Positions 48,956 to 57,967 of a DNA stretch of 64,000 bases are shown piece after piece. The notes under the pieces were generated by a model. It was given only the letters and a program-made list of their open reading frames with translations. It searched no databases and was not told where the DNA came from. Location: contig JARFTX010000005.1 of the NCBI GenBank assembly GCA_029289265.1, positions 34,452 to 98,451 of the forward strand, written 5' to 3'. This DNA is from Gammaproteobacteria bacterium (GTDB taxonomy: Bacteria; Pseudomonadota; Gammaproteobacteria; Burkholderiales; Rhodocyclaceae). The number at the start of each line of letters is the position of its first letter. Position 1 is the stretch's first letter. The translations under genes and the position numbers were made by a program.

Positions 48956-48993
48956 CGCCCCCGCCGGGGCAAGCTTGAGCTCCAGCGGGGGCG
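48956..48993 (-). terminator. candidate terminator hairpin downstream of prpE
   Basis: CGCCCCCGC...GCGGGGGCG, a 9-bp stem with a 20-nt loop, 19 nt after the prpE stop, followed on the minus strand by a moderately U-rich stretch. Confidence 0.35.
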
Positions 48994-49011
48994 CAGCAGG
49001 TGGTGCGGCGT

Positions 49012-50910
49012 TCAGCCCTTCAACGCCGCCTTGATCTGCTCCAGCGTCGAGGGATCCTCGATGGTCGTCAGGTCACCCGCGTCGCGCCCTTCGGCCAGCG
49101 CCTGGATCGAGCGGCGCAGCATCTTGCCCGAACGCGTCTTCGGCAGGCCGGTGATGAAGTGGACGCGGCTCGGCCGGGCGATCGCGCCGAGTTGCTCGTC
49201 GACCTTCTTCATGACTTCCTTCTCGAGCGCGACGCGTTTCTCGGCCGTATCGGCCTTCGAGGCGTCCTTCAGCACGGCAAAGGCCATCGGCATCTGGCCC
49301 TTGACCTCGTCGGCGACGCCGACGACCGCGACCTCGGCAACCGCCGGGTGAGTCTGCACCGCCTCCTCGATCTCGCGCGTGCCGAGGCGATGACCGGCGA
49401 CGTTGATGACGTCGTCCATGCGGCCGAGGATGGTGTGGTAGCCGTTCTCGTCCTTGATGCCCCAGTCGGACGACGAGTACACCACCGGGTTCTTGAAGAG
49501 CGAGAAGTAGGTCGACACAAAGCGCTCGTCCTGGCCCCAGACCGTGGACAGGCAGCCCGGCGGCAGCGGCGGGACGATGCCGACGATGCCCTTCTCGTTG
49601 GCGCCGCACTCGCTGCCGTCCTCACGGAAGATGCGCAGGTCGTAGCCATACACGGGGAAGGCGGGCGAGCCGAGCTTGATCGGGCTCTGCTCGACTCCGC
49701 GGACGATGGCGAGCATCGGCCAACCGGTCTCGGTCTGCCAGTAGTTGTCGATCACCGGGATGCCGAGTTCGTCCATGATCCACTTGTGCGAGGTCTCGTC
49801 GAGCGGCTCGCCGGCGAGGAACAGGTGCTTGAGCGAGGACAGATCGTACTTCTTGAGGAAGGCGGGGTCCTGCTTCTTCAGCACGCGCACGGCGGTGGGC
49901 GCCGAGAACATCACGTTCACCTTGTGATCCTGGACAATCTTCCACCAGATGCCGGCGTCGGGGCGCAGCGGCGTACCTTCGTACATGACAGTGGCCATGC
50001 CGGCGATGAGCGGTCCGTAGATGATGTAGCTGTGGCCGACCACCCAGCCGATGTCCGAGGTCGAGAACATGGTCTCGCCCTCGAAGCCGGTGAAGATATG
50101 CTTCATCGACGCCGCCAGCGCGACCGTGTAGCCGCCGGTGTCGCGCTGCACGCCCTTGGGCTTGCCCGTGGTGCCGGAGGTGTAGAGGATGTACGAGGGC
50201 TCGGACGACTCCAGCCAGGTGACGGGCACCTGGGCGTCCATGTGCTTGGCGCGCAACTCGGCGTAGTCGACGTCGCGTCCGGCCACCCGCGGGAAGCCCT
50301 TGTCGAGGCCGCGGTCGACGATCAATACCTTTTGCGGCGGGAATTCGGCAAGCTTGCAGGATTCGTCGACCAGGTGCTTGTACGGAACGGGCTTGCCGTT
50401 GCGCATGCCGGCATCGGCGCTCACCATCAGCACGGGCTTGGCGTCGTCGATGCGGGTCGCGAGCGAGCCGGCGGCGAAGCCGCCGAACACCACCGAGTGG
50501 ATCGCCCCGATGCGCGCGCAGGCGAGCATCGCAAAGGCCGCCTCGGCGATCATCGGCATGTAGATCAGCACGCGGTCGCCCTTCTTGACGCCGAGATCCT
50601 GGTAGATCGCCGCCATGCGCTCGACCTCGCGCTGGAGTTCGCCAAACGAGTAGATCTTCTCTTCGTTGGTCTCGGTCGAGATATAGATCAGCGCTTTGGC
50701 GTCCGGGCGCTTGGCGGCGTGGCGGTCGACCGCGTTGTAGCAGAGGTTGGTCTCGCCACCCTTGAACCACTTGACGAAAGGCGGATTGGAAAAATCGCAG
50801 ATCTGCGCGGCCGGCTTGTTCCAGTGCACGAGCTGCGCCTGCTCGGCCCAGAATTCGTCGCGCTTGTCGATCGAACGGCGGTGAAACTCCTTGTACGTCG
50901 TCATATACAT
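49012..50910 (-). CDS. prpE: propionate-CoA ligase (propionyl-CoA synthetase)
   Basis: Colinear with E. coli PrpE: FWAEQA, NLCYNAVDRH, YTSGTTGKPKGVQRD, DIGWVVGHSYI, DNYWQTE, LPKTRSGKMLRR. Start is ATG 50910 or 50904. Confidence 0.92.
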   Translation of the reverse strand: MYMTTYKEFHRRSIDKRDEFWAEQAQLVHWNKPAAQICDFSNPPFVKWFKGGETNLCYNAVDRHAAKRPDAKALIYISTETNEEKIYSFGELQREVERMAAIYQDLGVKKGDRVLIYMPMIAEAAFAMLACARIGAIHSVVFGGFAAGSLATRIDDAKPVLMVSADAGMRNGKPVPYKHLVDESCKLAEFPPQKVLIVDRGLDKGFPRVAGRDVDYAELRAKHMDAQVPVTWLESSEPSYILYTSGTTGKPKGVQRDTGGYTVALAASMKHIFTGFEGETMFSTSDIGWVVGHSYIIYGPLIAGMATVMYEGTPLRPDAGIWWKIVQDHKVNVMFSAPTAVRVLKKQDPAFLKKYDLSSLKHLFLAGEPLDETSHKWIMDELGIPVIDNYWQTETGWPMLAIVRGVEQSPIKLGSPAFPVYGYDLRIFREDGSECGANEKGIVGIVPPLPPGCLSTVWGQDERFVSTYFSLFKNPVVYSSSDWGIKDENGYHTILGRMDDVINVAGHRLGTREIEEAVQTHPAVAEVAVVGVADEVKGQMPMAFAVLKDASKADTAEKRVALEKEVMKKVDEQLGAIARPSRVHFITGLPKTRSGKMLRRSIQALAEGRDAGDLTTIEDPSTLEQIKAALKG

Positions 50911-51055
50911 CCTCTCCCTTTTCCAGTTCCCAGTTGCTCAGTCAGCCTGCCGCCGGCCCTCTCGAACGAAACCCCCGAGACCGGACAGCAAAACCGCACC
51001 TGTGGCCGAAGCCGATACGCCGGTTCGAATGCCGGCGCTGTTATCCCGGCCGATA

Positions 51056-52264
51056 TCAGCCGGATGGTCCAGCTCCATCGCCCGCGCTTGCGGCCGCTGC
51101 GGACTGCTCCCGCTTCAGCCGCTCCAGCGGGATACCGCAATGGAGCTGAGATTCGAGAAATTCGAGCAGCGGCAGCACGGCCCCGACGATCGCCGGCACG
51201 CGCTCGCCCGCGCCGGCGACATCGCCCATGCGCAGTTGCGCGACGATGCGGTCGAGGCTGACCGTCTGCCTGAGCATCCGGTCGACCATCTCCTGCGTGA
51301 CCTCGCCGCGGTCGCTGACGACGCGGTTGCCGCCCGCGTTCTTGCCGGCCAGCATGCGCTGCACGGCCACCCCGATCAGGTGGCTCACTGTCTTCATGCC
51401 ATCGATGGCCGAATTCGCGATGCCGATCGTCACCGAGATGCGGATGCGCTCCTCGCGGTACGTCATCGTGAGCTTTTCGATCGCCATCTGCATGCGCAGC
51501 GCGAAGGCACTGCAACCCGCGGCGTCGGTCACTGGCGAGAGCACGGCGAACTGATCGGGCGCGAGCTGGGCGACGGTGTCTTCCTGGCGGATCTTGGTCG
51601 ACAGGATCTTCGAGAGCTTGCGCGCGACGAGATGAGCGACGTTGGGACCGAAACGGGAGGACAGCTCCTCGTAGCGGTCGATCTCCATCACCATCGCGCT
51701 GATGCTGGCCTGCTGCCTGCGGGCGAGCGCGATCGCCTGGGCGCCCTGCCGATTCAGGTAGGACTCGGTCGCCAGCCCCGTGGTCGGATCGAGCGGGCTC
51801 TGCCGGGCGAGCGCGGCGCGGCTCTCCTCGAGTTCGCGCCGCGTCTGCCCCAGCCGTGTCAGCGACTCGATTCGCGCAATCAGCTCGACGCTGCCCGTGC
51901 CCTTGGTGATGAAATCGTTGGCGCCGAGGCGGCAGGCGCGCTCGCGCGCGGCATCGTCCTCGTCGCCGGAAATGACCACGACCGGCAGGTGCTGCAGGCG
52001 CGCAAGGCGCGAACCGCGGATGCGCTCGAGCAGCCCGAAGCCGTCCAGGCGGGGCATGCCGATGTCGGTGAGCACGACGTCGATGCTCGGGTCGACGACC
52101 AGCGTCTCCCACGCCGCCTCGCCGTCGGCCTCCTCGCGGCAGTCGAAGCGCTCGCGGATGTGCTTGATCAGCGACGCCCGCACCATGCGCGAGTCGTCGA
52201 CGATCAGCACCTTGGGCAAGGGCTGCTTTTCCTCCTCGCTCACGCCGCCCGCTCCGTCGCTCAT
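51056..52264 (-). CDS. response regulator with degenerate GGDEF domain
   Basis: REC (KVLIVDDSRMVR...VVLTDIGMPRLDG) plus a GGDEF-fold domain in which the GG[DE]EF position reads APDQF. Only the last 402 codons of the 1243-codon track ORF are real. Confidence 0.85.
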   Translation of the reverse strand: MSDGAGGVSEEEKQPLPKVLIVDDSRMVRASLIKHIRERFDCREEADGEAAWETLVVDPSIDVVLTDIGMPRLDGFGLLERIRGSRLARLQHLPVVVISGDEDDAARERACRLGANDFITKGTGSVELIARIESLTRLGQTRRELEESRAALARQSPLDPTTGLATESYLNRQGAQAIALARRQQASISAMVMEIDRYEELSSRFGPNVAHLVARKLSKILSTKIRQEDTVAQLAPDQFAVLSPVTDAAGCSAFALRMQMAIEKLTMTYREERIRISVTIGIANSAIDGMKTVSHLIGVAVQRMLAGKNAGGNRVVSDRGEVTQEMVDRMLRQTVSLDRIVAQLRMGDVAGAGERVPAIVGAVLPLLEFLESQLHCGIPLERLKREQSAAAASAGDGAGPSG

Positions 52265-52266
52265 CG

Positions 52267-53265
52267 CTATGCGCCGATCCGCACCACCGTCCGGCCCTTG
52301 ACCTCGCCCCGGATGTAGGCGTCGAAGGCCCCGGGCAATTCGTCGAAACCGATCGTGCGCGTCACCTCGGCAAGATGGCGCGGCTTGAGATCGCCGGCGA
52401 GCCGATCCCAAACGCGCTGGCGCATCGGGAAGCCCATGTAGCCGGAATCGATGCCGAGCAGGCTCACGCCGCGCAGGATGAAGGGGAATACCGTGGTGTT
52501 GATCTTGAAATCGGCCGCGTTGCCGATGCTTGCCACGGTGCCTGCCTGCTTCATCGTCGCCAGCACCCAGTGCAGGATCTGGCCGCCCACGTTGTCGACG
52601 GCACCGGCCCACTGCGAGGCCTCGAGCGGGCGCACCTTGTCGAAGTCGATCTCGCTGCGCAGCTTGATCTCGGCCGCACCGAGCCCCTTCAGATAGTCCG
52701 CCTCCGCTGCCTTGCCGGTCAGCGCGACGACGTGGTAGCCGAGCCGCGCCAGCATGTCGATGGCGAGGCCGCCGACGCCGCCGGTCGCCCCGGTGACAAT
52801 GACCGGGCCGTTGTCCGGTGCGAGGCCGTTGTCTTCCATGCGCACGACACCGAGCGCCGCTGTGAAGCCGGCGGTGCCGAGCGCCATCGCTTCGAAGAGA
52901 TCGAGACCGGCTGGCAGCGGCACGACCCAGCCGGCCGGCACGCGCGCGTATTCGGCATAGCCGCCGTGGTGCGCGACGCCGATGTCGAAGCTGGTGGCGA
53001 TGACCTTGTCGCCGGGCGCGAAACGCGCGTCGGCACTTTCGACCACCTCGCCCGACAGGTCGATGCCGCCCACGCATGGAAAGCGGCGGATGATCTTGCC
53101 CGCGCCGGTCGCCGCAAGCGCGTCCTTGTAGTTGATGCTCGAGTAATGGACGCGGATCAGCACTTCTCCGGCATCGAGCCGGTCGCGGTCGAGCGTCGTC
53201 AACCGCCCGCCGACCTTCTTGTCGGCGTCCTGATCGATGAGATAGGCCTTGAAGGGTGAATTCAT
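52267..53265 (-). CDS. acuI: acrylyl-CoA reductase (NADPH), YhdH/AcuI family
   Basis: Colinear with E. coli YhdH: SSINYKDALA, GIDLSGEV, TGATGGVGG, VFPFILRGVSLLGIDS, GRTVV. Its stop lies 2 nt before the response-regulator ATG. Confidence 0.85.
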   Translation of the reverse strand: MNSPFKAYLIDQDADKKVGGRLTTLDRDRLDAGEVLIRVHYSSINYKDALAATGAGKIIRRFPCVGGIDLSGEVVESADARFAPGDKVIATSFDIGVAHHGGYAEYARVPAGWVVPLPAGLDLFEAMALGTAGFTAALGVVRMEDNGLAPDNGPVIVTGATGGVGGLAIDMLARLGYHVVALTGKAAEADYLKGLGAAEIKLRSEIDFDKVRPLEASQWAGAVDNVGGQILHWVLATMKQAGTVASIGNAADFKINTTVFPFILRGVSLLGIDSGYMGFPMRQRVWDRLAGDLKPRHLAEVTRTIGFDELPGAFDAYIRGEVKGRTVVRIGA

Positions 53266-53407
53266 CGGTGTCTCCTCTGCGATGGGGCGGCGGAAGGGCC
53301 GTGCGCCGCGTTTTGCGCCGATTATATCTCGACTGCCGGCACAGCCAGACTTCAGTTCCGGCCCGCGGAGGCCGATAATCCCGGGGTGCGATGACAAACT
53401 GTTGCGG

Positions 53408-54313
53408 ATGAGCCCCCTCGACGCCCCCCTTGATTCGGTCGATGCCTACGTGGCGCTGTTCACGCGGCAGGAGATCCCCGTACTGCGGCACACCGTGCGG
53501 ACACTGGAAGCCCTGCGCGACCGCGAGGAAAGCGTCAATGGCCGGCACATCGCCGCCATCGTCCAGGGCGACCCGCTGATGACGATGCGGCTGCTCGTGC
53601 ATCTGCAGGCGCACCGCCCGGCGGCCCAGAACCATGACATCACGACCATCGATCGGGCCGTGATGATGATGGGCGTGCCCCCGTTTCTCGCGACCTTCTC
53701 CAACCTGCCGACCCTCGAGGACCAGCTCGCCGGCAATCCGCGTGCGCTGCTGGGTGCGCTGCAGGTGATCGGCCGGGCGCGCAAGGCGGCGCACTTCGCG
53801 CGCGACTGGGCGATCGTGCGCCACGATCTCGACGTCGACGAGATCACGGTCGCCGCGCTGTTGCGCGAAGCGACCGAGATCATGATGTGGATCTTCGCGC
53901 CCGCCCTGAGCCTGAAGGTGCAGGCAATGCAGAAGGCCGACCCGAACTTGCGCGCGGTGGCGGCCCAGCGCGCCGTCTTCGGCGTGGCCGAGAGCGAAGT
54001 GCAGCTTGCCCTGGTAAGGGCCTGGAACATGCCCGAGCTGCTGGTGACGCTGCTCGACGAAGCGCACTGGGAGAATCCGCGCGTGCGCAACGTGCGCCTC
54101 GCCAGCGATCTCGCCCGGCACGTCGCGCACGGCTGGGACAACCCGGCCGTGCCGGACGATCTTGCCGAGATCGAACGCCTGCTGCATGTCGGGCGCGAGC
54201 CCCTGCTGCGGCGCCTCGGCGTGCCCTTCGAGCTGACGAATCGATTCCTCGGCGACCCCGCCGCGCCGGAGCCGGCTTCGACCGGTCCAGCGCCCGGCGA
54301 CAACCCGCGCTAG
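53408..54313 (+). CDS. HDOD-domain protein
   Basis: QEIPVLRHTVRTLEALRDRE...GDPLMTMRLLVHLQ...TTIDRAVMMMG is HDOD-like. ATG at 53408. Confidence 0.75.
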   Translation: MSPLDAPLDSVDAYVALFTRQEIPVLRHTVRTLEALRDREESVNGRHIAAIVQGDPLMTMRLLVHLQAHRPAAQNHDITTIDRAVMMMGVPPFLATFSNLPTLEDQLAGNPRALLGALQVIGRARKAAHFARDWAIVRHDLDVDEITVAALLREATEIMMWIFAPALSLKVQAMQKADPNLRAVAAQRAVFGVAESEVQLALVRAWNMPELLVTLLDEAHWENPRVRNVRLASDLARHVAHGWDNPAVPDDLAEIERLLHVGREPLLRRLGVPFELTNRFLGDPAAPEPASTGPAPGDNPR

Positions 54314-54340
54314 CCCTTGCCCTTGACCGGAGTTCTGCCC

Positions 54341-54916
54341 ATGAGCATCTCGAACGCGATCATCCTGGGGGCGCTCGTCGCCGCCGTCCTCTACGCGATC
54401 GTCGTCTACAACGGCCTGGTGCAGCTGCGGCACAACGTCGCCAAGGCCTGGGCCAACATCGACGTGCTGCTCAAGCAGCGCCACGACGAGTTGCCCAAGC
54501 TGGTCGAGGTCTGCAAGCAATATCGCCAGTTCGAGCAGGAGACGCTCACGCGCGTCACCGAAGCGCGGGCGCGGGTCGCCTCCGCCCGCGAGCGCCACGA
54601 CGTGCCGGCGCTGGGCACCGCCGAAGGCATGCTGCGCATGGGTCTGGGCCAGATCTTCGCCGTCGCCGAGGCCTACCCCGAGCTCAAGGCCAACGAGCAC
54701 TTCATGCAGTTGCAAACCCGCATCACCGCGCTCGAGAACGGCATCGCCGACCGGCGCGAGTGGTACAACGAATCGGTCAATGTGCACAACGTGCGCATCG
54801 ACCAGTTCCCCGACCTGATCGTCGCCCGCACGCTCAACTTCGTGCGCGAGCCGCTGCTGGTGTTCGCCAGCGCGGAGAAGGCCGACGTCGATCTGAAGGC
54901 GCTGTTCGGCACCTGA
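54341..54916 (+). CDS. lemA: LemA-family protein
   Basis: N-terminal TM helix followed by YNGLVQLRHNVAKAWANIDVLLKQRHDELPKLVE...EAYPELKANEHFMQLQ...ENGIADRREWYNESV. Confidence 0.9.
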   Translation: MSISNAIILGALVAAVLYAIVVYNGLVQLRHNVAKAWANIDVLLKQRHDELPKLVEVCKQYRQFEQETLTRVTEARARVASARERHDVPALGTAEGMLRMGLGQIFAVAEAYPELKANEHFMQLQTRITALENGIADRREWYNESVNVHNVRIDQFPDLIVARTLNFVREPLLVFASAEKADVDLKALFGT

Positions 54917-54939
54917 GCACCCGCTGAGAGCCCGTCACG

Positions 54940-55842
54940 ATGCTGGTGCGCCTGCGCCGCGACGCGGCGAACATCGCCCTGCCCGCGGCGCAGCTGGCGC
55001 TCGTCGCCGCCGCGGTCGGGGTCGACACCGTCTGGGGCACGCTCGCCGCCGTGGCGATGCTGATGGGCACGGGCCTGTGGGGCTGGCTGCGGTCGCTGCG
55101 GCACGCGCGGCTGATTCTCGACACCCCGACCTCGCGCATCGCCTCGGCCGCCCAGGGCTACACGGAGCTGCGCGGCCGCGGCCGGCCACTCTCCGGCACG
55201 CCGCTACTCTCTCCGGTCAATGGCCTGCCGGTGCTGTGGTATCGGCTCGTCACGCACCGCAAGCAGGCCGACGGAAAGTGGCGCCTCGTCGACAAGCACG
55301 AAAGCGATGCCTCCTTTCTGCTCGATGACGGCAGCGGCCAGTGCGCCGTCGACCCCGAAGGCGCCGAAATGCTGGTGCGCCGCCGCGACGTGTTCGCGCG
55401 TGCGGATGTCCGGCAAACTCAGTGGTCGCTGATTGCGGGCGACCCGATCTATGTCATCGGCGACTTCGCCACGCTCGGCAGCATTGCCCCCGAACTCGAC
55501 GCCGCCGCACAGGTGCGCGAGTTGCTCGCCCAGTGGAAGGCCGACCGCCGCGAGTTGCTCGCCCGTTTCGACCTCGATGGCAACGGCGAGATCGACATCC
55601 GCGAGTGGGAGCTCGCGCGCGCCCAGGCCAAGCGCGAGGTGCGGCGGCAACGCCACGAGGTGCTGTCGGCGCCCGAGGCGCACGTGATGCGCCGGCCCGC
55701 CCTGCGCCGCCTGTACCTGATCTCCGACCTCGATCCGGCGAGGCTTGCGGGCCGCTATCGCCTGTGGGCGGGATTTCACCTCGCGGTCTTTCTCGGCTCG
55801 GCCGGCGCCGCCGCCTGGTTCGGGCAGATCGGGCTGCTCTGA
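54940..55842 (+). CDS. GIDE-domain membrane protein with EF-hand-type loop
   Basis: Two N-terminal TM helices, a GIDE-like core (GYTELRGRGRPLSGTPLLSPVNGLPVLWYR...FLLDDGSGQCAVDPEGAEM), the loop DLDGNGEIDIRE, and a C-terminal TM helix. Confidence 0.75.
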   Translation: MLVRLRRDAANIALPAAQLALVAAAVGVDTVWGTLAAVAMLMGTGLWGWLRSLRHARLILDTPTSRIASAAQGYTELRGRGRPLSGTPLLSPVNGLPVLWYRLVTHRKQADGKWRLVDKHESDASFLLDDGSGQCAVDPEGAEMLVRRRDVFARADVRQTQWSLIAGDPIYVIGDFATLGSIAPELDAAAQVRELLAQWKADRRELLARFDLDGNGEIDIREWELARAQAKREVRRQRHEVLSAPEAHVMRRPALRRLYLISDLDPARLAGRYRLWAGFHLAVFLGSAGAAAWFGQIGLL

Positions 55843-55906
55843 TCGAGGCGACGCCCGCCTCGCGGTCGGGCGCGTCGCGCGAACCACCCTGTCCGGGCGG
55901 AATTCC

Positions 55907-57820
55907 TCAACCGCCCGAGGCTCGCGTCTCGAGCGCCTCCCAACGCAGCATCGCCGCCTCGATCTCCTGATCGAGCGCGGCAAGGCGCGCATTGACGCGC
56001 ACGATCTCGGCCGCATCCTGCTGGTAGAGCGCCGGATCGGCGAGCCGCTGCTGCAGCGCGGCCTGTTCGGCTTCCAGCGCAGCGATGCGATCGGGCAACG
56101 CTTCCAGCTCGCGCTTCTCGGCGTAGCCGAGCCTGGTCGGGCGCGCAGACGCGGGCTTTGCCGGCTCGGCCGGGCGTGTGGCCGGCTGCGCCGGCGCCGC
56201 CGATTGCACGCGCGGTTCAGCTTCCGCAAGACGCGCGCGTTGCCATTCCGCATACCCCCCGGCGTACTCGCGCCAGTGGCCGTCGCCCTCCGAGGCGATC
56301 ACCTGCGTCACGACGTTGTCGAGAAAGGCGCGGTCGTGACTCACCAGGAAAAGCGTGCCCTGGTAGCCGTCAAGCAATTCCTCGAGCAGGTCCAGCGTCT
56401 CGATGTCGAGATCGTTGGTCGGCTCGTCGAGCACCATGACGTTGGCCGGCCGCGCGAAAAGCCGCGCGAGCAGCAGCCGGTTGCGCTCCCCGCCCGAGAG
56501 CGACTTCACTGGCGAGCGTGCACGCTGCGGCGCGAAGAGAAACTCGCCGAGGTAGCCGATGACATGCTTGCGCTCGCCGCCGATTTCGACGAAGTCGGAA
56601 CCCGGACTGATGACCTCGGTGAGCGGCAGCTCCGGGTCGAGCTGGGCCCGCAGCTGGTCGAAGTAGGCCACCGCCTGGCGGGTACCTCGCCGTACCGTGC
56701 CCTCGTCCGGAGCGAGTTCGCCGAGGATCAACTTGAGCAACGTGGTCTTGCCCGAACCGTTCGGTCCGATCAGGCCGACCCGGTCGCCACGCAGGATGCG
56801 CGTGGAGAAGTCCTGCACCACCACGCGGTCGCCGAAGCGCTTGCCGACGTGGATCAGCTCGGCCACCATCTGGCCGCTCTGCTCGCCGCGGTCGACGGCG
56901 AACTTGACCGTGCCGAGCCGCTCGCGCCGCGCCGCGCGCGCGAGCCGCAGCGCCTCGAGCCGGCGCACCCGGCCCTCGTTGCGGGTGCGGCGGGCCTCGA
57001 CGCCCTTGCGAATCCACACCTCCTCCTGCGCGAGCACCTTGTCGAAGTTCGCTGCGGCGCGGCTCTCCGCCTCCAGTTCGTCGGCCTTGCGCCGCTGGTA
57101 GTCGGCGAAGCGGCCGGGGTAGCTCGCGAGGCGGCCGCGATCGAGCTCGGCAATGCGGGTGGCGACGTTGTCGAGGAACACCCGGTCATGGGTGATGACC
57201 ACAACCGCGCCGGGGAACTCGCGGATCAAGCCCTCGAGCCAGACAATGCCGTCGAGGTCGAGATGGTTGGTCGGCTCGTCGAGCAGCAGCAGATCGGGTT
57301 CGGCGACCAGCGCACGCGCGATCGCGACCCGCTTCAGCCCGCCACCGGAGAGGTCGGCCACCCGCGCACCGCCGTCGAGCCGCAGTCGCAGCAGCACCGC
57401 CTCGACACGCTGGTTGAGGCGCCAGGCATCGGCCGCCTCCACCTCGTGCTGCAGCGCAGACAGCCGCTCCAACCGCTCCGGGGTGGCCGATTCCGCGACC
57501 TCGTGCATGGCCGCGTGGTAGTCCACCAGCAGTCGCGCCGCATCGCCCAATCCTTCCGCCACGGCGGCGAAGACATCGCACTCGGCGGCGAAATCCGCCT
57601 CCTGGGCCACGTAGGCGACCCGCAGTCCGGGCGAACGCCACACCGTGCCGTCGTCGAGCGCGGCCTGGCCTGCCAGGACCTTGAGCAGGCTCGACTTGCC
57701 GGAGCCGTTGCGGCCGATCAGGGCGACGCGTTCTCCCGCGTCGAGCTGGAAGTCGGCACGGTCGAGCAGATCGACGTGCCCGAAGGCGAGACAGGCGCCG
57801 GAGACGGACAATAAGGGCAT
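55907..57820 (-). CDS. uup: ABC-F family ATPase (Uup-like)
   Basis: Two ABC cassettes (GRNGSGKSS and GPNGSGKTT; LSGGGLKRV and LSGGERNRL) and a C-terminal coiled-coil tail. ATG at 57820. Confidence 0.9.
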   Translation of the reverse strand: MPLLSVSGACLAFGHVDLLDRADFQLDAGERVALIGRNGSGKSSLLKVLAGQAALDDGTVWRSPGLRVAYVAQEADFAAECDVFAAVAEGLGDAARLLVDYHAAMHEVAESATPERLERLSALQHEVEAADAWRLNQRVEAVLLRLRLDGGARVADLSGGGLKRVAIARALVAEPDLLLLDEPTNHLDLDGIVWLEGLIREFPGAVVVITHDRVFLDNVATRIAELDRGRLASYPGRFADYQRRKADELEAESRAAANFDKVLAQEEVWIRKGVEARRTRNEGRVRRLEALRLARAARRERLGTVKFAVDRGEQSGQMVAELIHVGKRFGDRVVVQDFSTRILRGDRVGLIGPNGSGKTTLLKLILGELAPDEGTVRRGTRQAVAYFDQLRAQLDPELPLTEVISPGSDFVEIGGERKHVIGYLGEFLFAPQRARSPVKSLSGGERNRLLLARLFARPANVMVLDEPTNDLDIETLDLLEELLDGYQGTLFLVSHDRAFLDNVVTQVIASEGDGHWREYAGGYAEWQRARLAEAEPRVQSAAPAQPATRPAEPAKPASARPTRLGYAEKRELEALPDRIAALEAEQAALQQRLADPALYQQDAAEIVRVNARLAALDQEIEAAMLRWEALETRASGG

Positions 57821-57967
57821 GGGATTCCGGACCTCAAAGGCCGGTCGAGACGGGTTCGGCGGGATAGGGTGCGATTCTACCGGTCTGTTACCATGCGGGG
57901 CGACTTCGCGGATAATGCACTGCAACAAAATCGTGGCGGCGACTGCGCCCGACAAGAACGAGACCGA

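Noticed and set aside
52265-54787. N-terminal 841 codons of the 1243-codon minus-strand ORF 51056-54787
   Set aside because: Only the last 402 codons (the REC-GGDEF-like gene) are coding. The upstream part runs through acuI in another frame and antisense to the HDOD and lemA genes.
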